Of a stretch of 64,000 nucleotides of DNA, positions 33,657-44,157 are shown in pieces; position 1 is the first letter of the stretch, and the number at the start of each line of letters is the position of its first letter. This DNA comes from Eukaryota sp. TZLM1-RC. Its lineage: Eukaryota; Protista; Metamonada: BaSk clade. The notes beneath the pieces are model-generated. The model was not told the origin of the DNA. It ran no database searches and saw only the letters and a list, made by a program, of their open reading frames with translations. The translations under genes and the position numbers were made by a program. The stretch is from NCBI GenBank assembly GCA_040285825.1, contig JAUPSS010000005.1, positions 496,001-560,000 of the forward strand. The letters run 5' to 3'.

Positions 33657-35513
33657 ATGACTATAACAGTGGCTGCATTTGTTAAGATTTTCTTCTCTTC
33701 TGTAGTCCAGTCAGAAGTGGAGAGTCAGCTTACGAATAAGCAACGTATTGCAGTACTTGCTACTAGGCTGGCTCGACTTTTTGTTTTACAGTGCCCGGAC
33801 CTGAGCAGTTGGCTCACACAACAGCAGTTCTGGAACTGTGTTGTGATTTTGGGATGTTCTCGGTGCCTCAAAACCGACATCCCTTCCTAATGGAGGCTGT
33901 TGTTTACAACACTCTCTTTATTCTGTCGTCACGCCCGAGCTGGCCATTTCCACCACTGTGTTCATCAAGCCACCGTACTGGAGCCCGACGGGTTCGCCCG
34001 GGGTACTATTTCTCTTTTGTTTCTGCGACAGGCCGTCGCTTTGCGGAAGCACACCGCCGTCTTTTGACAGATTAACGGTAGTGCTGGAAACAAAACTGAT
34101 TTACAACGTGGTTCCGTTGCTTGGCGTGTCCAGGCCCCAAAACCTATGCATCCTGTGTCTTGCGCCGGAAAACAGTCTCACCTAAAGTTGCCGCCTTTGC
34201 CAGCCAGTGACATGAGTTTTCAGCGTCAGATGGGAAACTCTGCTGGACATGAGTGGTGATGTCCTCGACAATAATCACCAGCGCTTCTTTGAGCGTATTC
34301 TTTTAGAACCTGTTATGCAACTCTCCAATGAGGTTGCTGCTTTTGTACTCTGTTGTGGGTTAACTAGCATGTCATTTCCGAGGGGGTCTCGCCCGACAGT
34401 ATGAAAACACAGTCCTTGTTTCCTTTTCGCGGGTTATGTCCCAGGCTTTGTGAACTTAGACAAACAAACACTTGACGCATTTGCTTCTAAAAACCATGGC
34501 GGTCAGCTCCTGGTGTGCCTTTACCGCTATTTCGGCTTATCTCGGGACGAATACCCAGAATACTCTGTCGCCATTTTTTCTTTTTCACAAACCGTCAAGC
34601 TTACTCGTAAAAAGCGCACCAAAAAAGTGATGAAGGAAGGTCGAGCTGCAGGCTTAGTGGAGGACTTTCACGCCTCTGAAATACAGGACAATACAGCAGA
34701 AAGTCACCACGCCCAGAAAACCAGACATGGCTCCAAGTCAGCAACAAAGGCCTCCCCGGAATGCCAACGCTTTCTTTGTGGCCATGGACCCCAATCACAG
34801 TAATCTAGTGGGTTGGACAGCTGGTCAGGCTGGTGGACCACTCAGATCAGGCATTGTCTTATCACCAAGGCCGTGCTGCAAGAGCTCCATGACAACTCCT
34901 CCTCCGTTGAGCCAACTGAGTCCAAATTGTTATTCCGTTCAGGGCTATTATCAGTATCTGAATGCAATGACAGCAGAGTTGGTCGACCTACTGAAATGGA
35001 ACAGTGGCTTAATCTGAATTTTCAAAGAGGAAAAATGAAAAGATGAAGTTTAATGGACCACCATCTACATCCAGGAAAAAGCTATACACCGTAACCGCTT
35101 CGACTATATTATCCGTCGCCAAAAGAGATTCAGCCATTTTGTCCAGAAAATGAAGAACATGGCTGAAAATCGTGAAGTGATCATTTGGTTTGGGAAAGGA
35201 GGTGATGGACCATCCCGTCAAAGAGTGAAAAGGCCAAGAAAGCGTTTTCTGAAGTAAATCAAGGCTGATTTCCAACCATGAAGGATGGCGATGAATACTA
35301 TACATCAGCCAAAGTGAACTGTTGCATGTTTTCCATGAAGACCTTTACTTTATAGAGAATGGAGAAAGGAAAAAGTCTAAAGCCTATTTTGCATGTACAG
35401 AATGTGGGATGGTTTGGTCAAGAGATATCTCTTCATCGAGAAACCAGTGGGAGATTGTAGTAAGTGAGTATTTTTTGAACACAAGACCCCTAGCTTTTAG
35501 AAGACCTCAATAA
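33657..35513 (+). pseudogene. Nearly full-length Fanzor1, subfamily 3 (frameshifted)
   Basis: RIAVLATRLARLFVL; SLFPF..YVPGFVNLDKQTL; RuvC-I VAMDPN (34787); RNRFDYIIRRQK...VIIWFGKG...P; RuvC-II DEYYTSAKVNCC (35293); CTECGMVWSRD (35424) ...RPLAFRR*. Confidence 0.9.
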
Positions 35514-35652
35514 GAATCTTCAAATCCAACGTATTTTGATCTAAGCCAATCATCTCCGGAGGGTCAAGTTTAGACATGTGGATGTGGTTGAAGTATCGGA
35601 AATTGACATTTCAGATAAAGAATCTATTTCCAGTGAAAACCACAGGCAGTAG
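35514..35652 (+). ncRNA. Candidate omegaRNA/right end of Fanzor subfamily 3
   Basis: Nested pairings CTTCAA/TTGAAG, ATCCA/TGGAT, TTGATCT/GGGTCAA (35518-35593); GAAAT-TGAC-ATTTC hairpin; terminal CC.GTG-AAAAC-CAC.GG (35630-35646). Confidence 0.5.
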
Positions 35653-35675
35653 TAACAAAGTTTTGATGTCAATTC

Positions 35676-36890
35676 ATGTTGAATGTTCTCTCAGATCTTC
35701 CATACTCTGAAGAACTCAAAGAAGATGTATCTAATGTTGTCACAGCCCTCACAATTCTTGGCTCTTCTCTTGAACAGCTCTCTTCTGAATGCAAGCAGCG
35801 GCAATTCTCCAGACCTCTTCAAGCCATCCTTGCAGATCTTCAAACCACAAATACTCATCTCGCAAATTCTCTACCCTCCATAGTCAGAATCGCCAACAAG
35901 GGACTCCAATGCCACGAATTCGAAAAGCTTCTCAACAATGCTAATCTGAGAATCAATTCAACAGAAGCCGAATTAGCCGTTCTTAGTGGTTCAATTAAAA
36001 CCTCAATTGAACAGAAACGTCATTCTGACCGGAAGGCGTCACGTGTAGGTCAAAAACTCCAACTGATGAGGTGGCGCCACGTCATAATGACAGCGATACA
36101 GAAACAAGAACTTTTATTATCGAGACGACATTCTTCTGATTTAATTAGACAATTACTAGAATTAAAAGCCAGATTAGACTTTAGAAAAAGATTTGGTGTA
36201 GGCATCGACCCTGACGAGAATTTTGACACGTCATCATCACGTGAAGGATTAAGAAGGTCAAAAATGGGGTCAAAAATGGGGAGAAAGTCCAGGACTGACA
36301 CGTCATGTATTGATCTGAATCATGTTGATTCTAAGTTTTTCAAAGACCTTGGTCAAATTTATTACGATCAATCAAATCAATTTGATTGTCCGGGACCAAT
36401 GACATTAGATGTAGCAATTCAGACAGAAACTCAAACCCAGTCAAGAAGAGAGACCAGAAAACCAAAGTCTGCAAAAGACACTCGTTTACTAAATTCACAT
36501 TCGGATTCCATGAAAAATTCCAAAACTAGACAAACTTTACAATTAAGAATTGTAGATTTGGCTAATAACAAAACCTCAAAGTCTCATAAAGGACTCGAGG
36601 CCTGGGAAAGATTGCTTTGGAGTGTCAATCGGCATGTTTTCCTTACAAAGTTGATAAACTTAAGGAAGCAGCAGAATGTGGCTCTGAGGCTGTACAAAAC
36701 GTCTAACCAAAAAAAGAGAATTTTTGAGAAGAAAAGGAAAGAAATTCAAAGAGAAGAGTTTACCAACACGGCGAGAAGTTTAAATTCAATGTTTAAGCTT
36801 GATGACGGTTATTTTTCACCTGTTAAGCATGGTGATGTGTTGGCTCAGGTCACTAGTAGAGCTAGCCTCGGTCATTCCAAGTTGTTGTAG
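35676..36890 (+). CDS. Hypothetical coiled-coil protein, 404 aa
   Basis: Long ATG-initiated ORF with host-like composition; no family recognised. Confidence 0.7.
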   Translation: MLNVLSDLPYSEELKEDVSNVVTALTILGSSLEQLSSECKQRQFSRPLQAILADLQTTNTHLANSLPSIVRIANKGLQCHEFEKLLNNANLRINSTEAELAVLSGSIKTSIEQKRHSDRKASRVGQKLQLMRWRHVIMTAIQKQELLLSRRHSSDLIRQLLELKARLDFRKRFGVGIDPDENFDTSSSREGLRRSKMGSKMGRKSRTDTSCIDLNHVDSKFFKDLGQIYYDQSNQFDCPGPMTLDVAIQTETQTQSRRETRKPKSAKDTRLLNSHSDSMKNSKTRQTLQLRIVDLANNKTSKSHKGLEAWERLLWSVNRHVFLTKLINLRKQQNVALRLYKTSNQKKRIFEKKRKEIQREEFTNTARSLNSMFKLDDGYFSPVKHGDVLAQVTSRASLGHSKLL

Positions 36891-37948
36891 TGGTAGGATA
36901 ACTTATTAATAAAATGTAGCATATCATTACGTTTTTTCAAACAAATACTTTTGGTGGAGTATTTCCTTACTGAGTAGTTTGTTTTAATTATTTTGGGAAT
37001 AAGTTTTAATCTAGTGTGAGTAGATACTCAGTAATTTTTTCTATAGGCTTGCTGCAATTGGATTTTTCAAATCGGTCGAACAAAACTACCTTCTTGGATC
37101 ATTGAGTCATGATGCAAAACTTTGGAGTGTGTTGTTGGGTAAAATCAGATTATATTTGATTATTGGACACTATAGACAGTTGCTGAATAGAATTTTTGGA
37201 TAACTCTATATTATTTTGACAATCAATAGATATTTTTGTCTAATCGTCTTAGATGAATCAGGAAATCTTCTCCAAGAAACTGTTCGTGCATTCTATTTTT
37301 TGATTTGGAAAAACGGAATTACATTTTCGTTACTGAAAGCCCTGAAATATACTCTGTGTATCTATTTCTCATAGGGTAGTTCTTGCTATAATTCCAGAAG
37401 TTGTTGTTACAAAACCACAAATCAACAACAAATTCATATTTACTGTCAAGTTCTAAAAGGTGACGATTTTACTGAATTGATATTGCAATTTGTTTCTAAA
37501 CAAAGTAGTTGTAGACTTTCTAACAAGTCTGGTTAAAATATACGAAAAATAATCTTTTTTTCATACATGGTCTCAACGGCTAACTACAAATTATCTGGCA
37601 GGAACTTTACCCGCCATGTTCTGCTCTATTGTAAGCAATTCCACGCATCAATTTTTCATGTGCCACTCATTACCGAACTGTTTACCGAACAATTTAAATC
37701 AACTAATGTTTGTTTTGTGATGTGTGGAACACAATGATAATTTGTTCTTCCCGATGCACCAATTCAGTAAGTTCAATCCTCAAATTCTTACTCAACCTAC
37801 TTTCAGGATTTTGAAAAGTTCTCGATTATCATTAGAACAAACCATGAACAGCGAGGACACAATTGTTTGAAACAAGAAAATTGTCTGTTCTCCTGATTTG
37901 ATTAAAGAATATAGAAGAAACTCTTCTCCAAGTCGACCTTACCTAACC

Positions 37949-40041
37949 ATGAAGATTCTGCTTCTTCTCTGTCTAGTGGCCTCAGCATTGTGCTCTTCAT
38001 TGATTTTAGTTGATGGAGTGAATCCTTCGTCTATTCCCAATGGAGCACCATTTTCTGTATCTGTGACACTAGAAGCAGTCGACTATCCTAAATGTACCAA
38101 TGTGACTTTTGAGGTCTTTTCGTCTGATTCTGTTCTCTCATCCACAGATTCATTGATCTGTCCCAACACCACTTTTGCTACCATTCGTTTCCCTCCCATC
38201 ACACTCGAGAAATCCACGCGTCATGCTCTCCTATACGACTGTTCGGACTGTACAGAATCGCTTTCTTCATCCATACTAGTAATCCCAGGCATTCTTACGC
38301 TTCTACCCGCTTGCCTAACCATACTTATCGCAGCCACCACCCAACAAGTTATTCCTGCTCTGTTTGCCGGTGTGTTTTGCTCAGCCATGTTAGCTTCTGG
38401 TAGCCTTAGCCCTTTAAACGCATTCAAACTATCTATTGGCAAGTACTTTGTTGATGCTCTCGCTGATCACTCTCACGCTTCTCTTTCATGTTTTTTTGTC
38501 TTTCTCGGTGCCATCATTGGTCTAATCAGTAAATCAGGAGGCTCTCAAGGTTTAGCCGAGCTAATCTCAAAGTTTGCCAAGACTTCTACACTTGCTCAGT
38601 TTGGGTTACTTGGCATGACGTCATTAATGTGGTTTGATGAATTTACTAATATTTTAATTAGTGGAATGTCGCTCAAACTGTTGCTATCAAAATTAAAAGT
38701 TAGTCCAGCTAAAATGGCTTTTATTCTGGACTCAATGGGTAGCTGTCCAACTGCTATTTTCATCAGTATGTTCTTTTATTAACAGTTATTAACCACAGTC
38801 ACGTCATGGATTGGATTTGAAGTTTCCCTATTAAAAGGAGAAATAGACACTTTAGGTCTTGAACTTGACCCTTTTATGTTGTTTATACGAACAGTTCCTT
38901 ATTGTTTCTACCCTATAGCGGCTATAGCTTTTGTTTTTATTACTGTTGGTATGAAAAAGGATTTCAAGGCAATGGCAGAGGTAGAGACAGAGTATAGAAT
39001 TAGTTGCAATAAAAATAAGAAAAATGACGAATCTCATCAGGATCCAGCAATGGTTCCAGATGCTGATAAGCCTCAACTAGCAAGGAACGCTGTAGTTCCG
39101 ATATTAATTACAATCAGTCTTGTTGTTGTTTTTATAGTATTATCAGGTCGAGAGGCCATATACACACAGCGTGACGAGTTAGAGTCTGCTATACATATTG
39201 CACATTTGAGAGGAGACGTTGAACAAGAAGAAAGGTTGAAAGCTCAACTTGATGAGATATCTCATATCTCTATCGCCCTCATTTTCTCCAACTGTGATCC
39301 GTATGAGTCTCTACTTTATGGTATTGCTTTTGGTGTCATCTCATGCTTTTTCTTGATGATGATCATTGGAATATCCTTTGGAAAATGTGTTGATGCTTTC
39401 ATAGCTGGGTTCAAGGACATCTCTAGCGCACTGCTCATCTTGTGGTTAGCGTGGGCATTGGGTAATGGTGTCGGAGAGGTTGGCACAGCCAAATGGCTGG
39501 GCACCCTTGTACCGGATAACTTTCCCCCAACCCTTCTCATCCTTTCTCTCTTGTTCATATCTTCTCTTGTGTCTTTCGCAGCAGGTTCTGCTTGGGGAAC
39601 ATTTGTTATTACTATTCCTCTTGCTTTTGCCCTGGTACATGGTGCTTATCCGTTTGATGAATACTTGCTCAAACTTGGGTTAGCTGCTGTCATCAGTGGT
39701 AGTCTCATGGGTAATCACTCCAGTATTCTTGCAGTATGTTTTCTTCAGTTTTTATCTGACCTCAGGACACAACTATTGTTTCTTCCATTGCTGCTGGATG
39801 TGATCTCATGGAACATTTCAAAACACAATTACCATACGGATTTGTTCTACTTTTTAGTAGTGCTCTTTTTGGTTTTCTTCCTGCTGTTTGGATTGGCCTC
39901 AACCCTATTATTTGTTCAGTTTTGGTTGTTATTGGTGCAACCCTGGTTTTGTATTTCTTTGGTACAAAGGTGCCTGTATTTAGACTCAACACTGCAAATG
40001 ATTTGGAAGAAGGTCTTTTAGATTCAATTAATAGCGATTAG
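37949..40041 (+). CDS. NhaC-family Na+/H+ antiporter-like transporter with signal peptide, two introns
   Basis: SKSGGSQG, FDEFTN, AFILDS, SFAAGSAWGTF and GNHSSILA|DTTIVSSIAAGCDLMEHFKTQLPY after removing introns 38766-38798 and 39734-39765. Confidence 0.9.
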
Positions 40042-41221
40042 ATTTTTTTGTTAGTTTTAAGGTCCATAAATTTGTCCATTTTTCCTTATCTCAATTAGGG
40101 AATGTTCATAATTATATTTTAAACTGTAAGCAAAAATAAAACTAATAATAATAGCAATTAAAACTTATTTGATTTATTGAATGATTAGTTGAATGATTGG
40201 TATCAATTTTTCTTTCATGACCCTGACTACTATCAAGTTTTTTACGGAACTTAATATCAAATGAACATTAGGTTCACCGTAATAACAAGTAGAAAAACTA
40301 GTAAAAAGGCAAACAAAAATTCCACAATTGTAATGGACACTTCAGTATATTGATGACGTGAAGTTCTGTCTCTACTAGGATGTAAGCCTACAGCTGACTC
40401 AACAACCACTAGATTGACATTACGTTTGCTCATTGACATTACAGTCAAAAGAATCGTATTGATTTTACATTTACTAATCGATACTTCGCAAAGTTAGTAT
40501 TGTGCCATGTAGATGAGTAAATCTGCCACAGTGTACCGTCACAAGTAAAAATTATTCACGATCCTCACTGTTTCTGTAGCTGTGTTATGCTGAAATAACA
40601 ACATTTGTTACAAAGGACATATCTCAATTCCCTTTACCACATACCAATACCACTTCACGTTGTACAAACGATCAGTTCTCGTGTTTGTTTAGTAGACAGG
40701 AAAACATATTTCAAAAAAATGGGCCTTTTCATATAACAATTGTATTGTTTGAGATGCAGATACAAGAAGTTAAAAGGCAATTATTTGGTGGTGAAACATC
40801 CATATCTACCAAGTCAGACTTTGTGAACGAAGGTAAGTTATTACGCTGGAGCCATTAGACCAAGGACAGTTTTAGAATCATTAAATCACGTTGACGGCTG
40901 GAGTAAAACATTTCAATGGGCAATAAAGTCTCAAATGACAAGTTTCAAGTGACTTGATTCAATTGTCGGAAATCTGTTTCGCCAACTCAAGAAACATAAA
41001 TTTTGACACAATAAACAAATGCTAGATTATAACATAATGGAATTATGTACAATTAGCGGGTTGATCGTTTTTACCTCCAAATTTGTTGAATGAGGTCAAT
41101 CTTCGAGTTAAATCACTACTACTAATTAATACTAACTTTTCAGTCTAACGTTAGTAATTTGCGAAGTTTGTTACTAATTCAACCTGGTGAATTAAATTGT
41201 TTCTGTTTTTCTACCATCTAA

Positions 41222-41851
41222 ATGAATCCTTCCAGTCATATTCTGTTAACCTCAATTCTCATTTTGCTTTACAGCTTGCAAAACCGAATAAAGTTTCCAT
41301 TCTGGTACGTATTAATCCTTTCAGTGGTTGCTGGTTGGGGCGTAGACTGGTTTCACCATTGTGGTGGACATTTGGGAAAGCCTCATTATCATCGACGAAT
41401 TTTTGTTGAAGAACCACTTGGAATTATTCTGTTTCTTTTCCCAGTTTGCGGAGCTTTACTTTTAATTATCGGGAAACACACTGCTATCATCACTTTCTTT
41501 GGGGTTATTCTACATATAGTATGTGATTACATATCTGTTCCCCATCAAGTGGCTGTTTTGGATCCCCTCATTGGAAATAATTGGAATATTACCGCTCCCC
41601 TGAATATTTTCCAATCCGTCATGCATACTGGGTCAAAGAAGAAAGAAGCACAAGCATTAATGAGTGAATGGGTCATCGTAATTACTGCTTCTTTTGCAGT
41701 AATTTTGTTACTCATTCATTATTTTTTACACTACCAAGACCTAGAACCTGTCAACGAACACATAACATTTTTTCATCAAGTCATCAAAGAAAAATTTAAA
41801 CAAGAAGAAAGACTAAGAATAGTCGAAATTGTATCAGAAATATCTCAATAG
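41222..41851 (+). CDS. Membrane-bound metal-dependent hydrolase (YdjM-like)
   Basis: N-terminal His, VDWFH, HRR.FVEEP and LHIVCDY metal-ligand pattern between TM helices. Confidence 0.65.
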   Translation: MNPSSHILLTSILILLYSLQNRIKFPFWYVLILSVVAGWGVDWFHHCGGHLGKPHYHRRIFVEEPLGIILFLFPVCGALLLIIGKHTAIITFFGVILHIVCDYISVPHQVAVLDPLIGNNWNITAPLNIFQSVMHTGSKKKEAQALMSEWVIVITASFAVILLLIHYFLHYQDLEPVNEHITFFHQVIKEKFKQEERLRIVEIVSEISQ

Positions 41852-42299
41852 AAATTGTTATTGATTTGTTTTGTATTGAAAATAAGAGATGACTCTGAAG
41901 GACATATTATAAGAAACCAATTTCAAAGTTAAAACAGCTCCTCGGCACCACACAACTAAGATTACATTCGACATTATTGGTTAGCCACTTTGTTATAGGT
42001 TACATTAAGTTGTTGGATCATTATTACAAACATGTATAGCTTTTTTAAAAAAAAATTTTATTCATTTAAGAAGAAACACGTAAACATAAAATAAACAATT
42101 AAAACTCCACATCCTCAAAACAACTGAAAATTTTTTTTCAATAAAGTGAATCCCTCAAATGGTTATGTTTTTGCACATGGCGTAATTGTTTAAAGCCTTG
42201 TTGGTGAAACAATAACAATTTAAGAAGAATTACGTCATCGATCTGATGAAGCAACAGAATCATATATCTGGAAAAGGTGGGTTATGAACAGTGATCACC

Positions 42300-42700
42300 A
42301 CACTCTTCAATATGAGCACTGCTGAATCGTTACTATCATGTTTTGGCAGCAATATGGTTCCTCAGATTCTTGTTTGGTAAATTGCCAATCCATGGACTAT
42401 TCTGTACAATCCATTATTCGACTTTTAATGCCCAAATGTAATCCAATATTATGTGTCAAAACTATCAACTACGGTGGGAGAACGCCATCTTGAGTGCCAT
42501 GATCCAATATCGTATGTAAACTCAATTATTTAGGAATATCATCCTGAGTGTAATCGTTTAATTTACTCGTTGATGCTATTATTGAAACCCATCTATTAAT
42601 ATAATCAATAATTAGAGGTGTTGATCTGCTGTGTATTAAGCTTTCTGAGTAATTCATTTCAAATGTGTGATGATTATCAAAACTTGCCCCACGTTCAAGG
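42300..42700 (-). mobile_element. Possible Helitron PIF1 helicase remnant
   Basis: GVLPP*LIVLTHNI..G...RI...ILLPK loosely follows the PIF1 GLPP..L.RN...G...R..IPR pattern; very degraded. Confidence 0.25.
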
Positions 42701-42730
42701 ATTTTTTAAATAATGTTTTTAAACTAGAAC

Positions 42731-44066
42731 TTTTTTTTAAAAAAACTAAAATATTTATTGAGATAACCAATATGAATATTTATTGAGATAAAAATAACCA
42801 TCTAGAATTCAATATCCTCCAAACAAGCGTCACTGTTACTGAACCTACTCACAGCATTACGTTCATATTCTACACCGATAGCTAAAAGTGCCTTTGAAAT
42901 CATTGTAGGAATAGACTTGAAAATGCAAAACACAATTCTATTTAACCAGAAAGTGGAGTTCATTGTTTTACCAGACCTATTCAGTAACACTTTTTTAAAA
43001 TTTTCAAAAAAGTGCAACCCTGAAGGTCCAATATTGCCAAAAAGAGAAATTGCAAACGGCACAAACTGATATTTCACATGTTCCACTATACCTAACTGTG
43101 CCAAAGGTTCTTCATATTTTTTTATCTTCTTCTTTTCGGCGTTAGATAACGGCGAGTCAGCGGAATACACTAAACGAGCAGCACAATTTTTGCAAACATC
43201 AACTGAGACAACATCTACAACATTAAGAACACCATCGATCCCTGGAGCTACTAAATCTGCCCTTCTTTTATCAAAGGAATCATCAGTTTGATCTGAAGAC
43301 AGCTTACGTACTAGTGGCTCAATAAATGCCTCTATATTGAAACTTTTGCACATGGCATATAATTGATCACGAACTGAGTCATGAACAATTGAGCGATAAG
43401 TTATAAAATACTTACAGTTTAAAATATGGGAAAGCGTAACAACACTCTTGCAGCGACAAATTAAATCATTTGGTAATGAACAAGGCCATAGAAAACATCT
43501 CATTCTCATTGCAGTGGTCCATTGGTGATCATTAAGTAGAAGGCCATAAATGTTGGGAATTTGGGAGATTAGGCAACTTGAACAACTGTCTTCAAGATCA
43601 ATCAAAAAGTTTGCAAAAACGGGATTTTTTTCCTCAGCCAAGCTAAGACGTACAATATAATCCAAGTTTTCTAAAACTTTCAAGATTTTTTCTGCAATTT
43701 TGCAAAAGTCAGTGGTAAGGAGAGCAAGCTTCTTGTAGGAAGTTCCACAATATCAGAGGGGAAACTCTTAGCCCAAATATTGGGTGAAAGAGTTTCAATT
43801 TCCTGTTGCAAAGAAATAAGATAAGAGCTGCCACAATTTTCAATGGGATGAATTTTTTCAGGAAAACGATTCACAAATTCATAAATAAAATTCTTTCCAC
43901 CTCCAATAAAGGCAGCTTTACAAAGGTAGCTGGATTTATGAAAATCAACACCACCAAAATTTGTACCACAAAAAATGTGGCTTCGTAACTGAGATGCATC
44001 AATTTCCAATAATTTTACTAAAAAATTGGTTCTTTGTTCATTTAAAATGCGACAAAACTCCAAAAT
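42731..44066 (-). mobile_element. 5'-truncated CRE-like element, family A (longer copy)
   Basis: CRCKSVVTLSHILNC knuckle, RRADL..VVDV RLE, A8 tail; the AATAAA segment is duplicated in the 3'UTR. Confidence 0.92.
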
Positions 44067-44157
44067 TCATTAAATTCAGTGAAAAAGTAAATAATATTTA
44101 TGTACACAACACATGAACACCTTACACAAATTAAACCATGTTTTTGAATCGAATATA

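Noticed and set aside
37000-37900. Further RCC1-like pseudogene fragments (also ~9150-9550, 40300-41000, 60800-61800)
   Set aside because: Only scattered hints; no continuous repeat could be translated.
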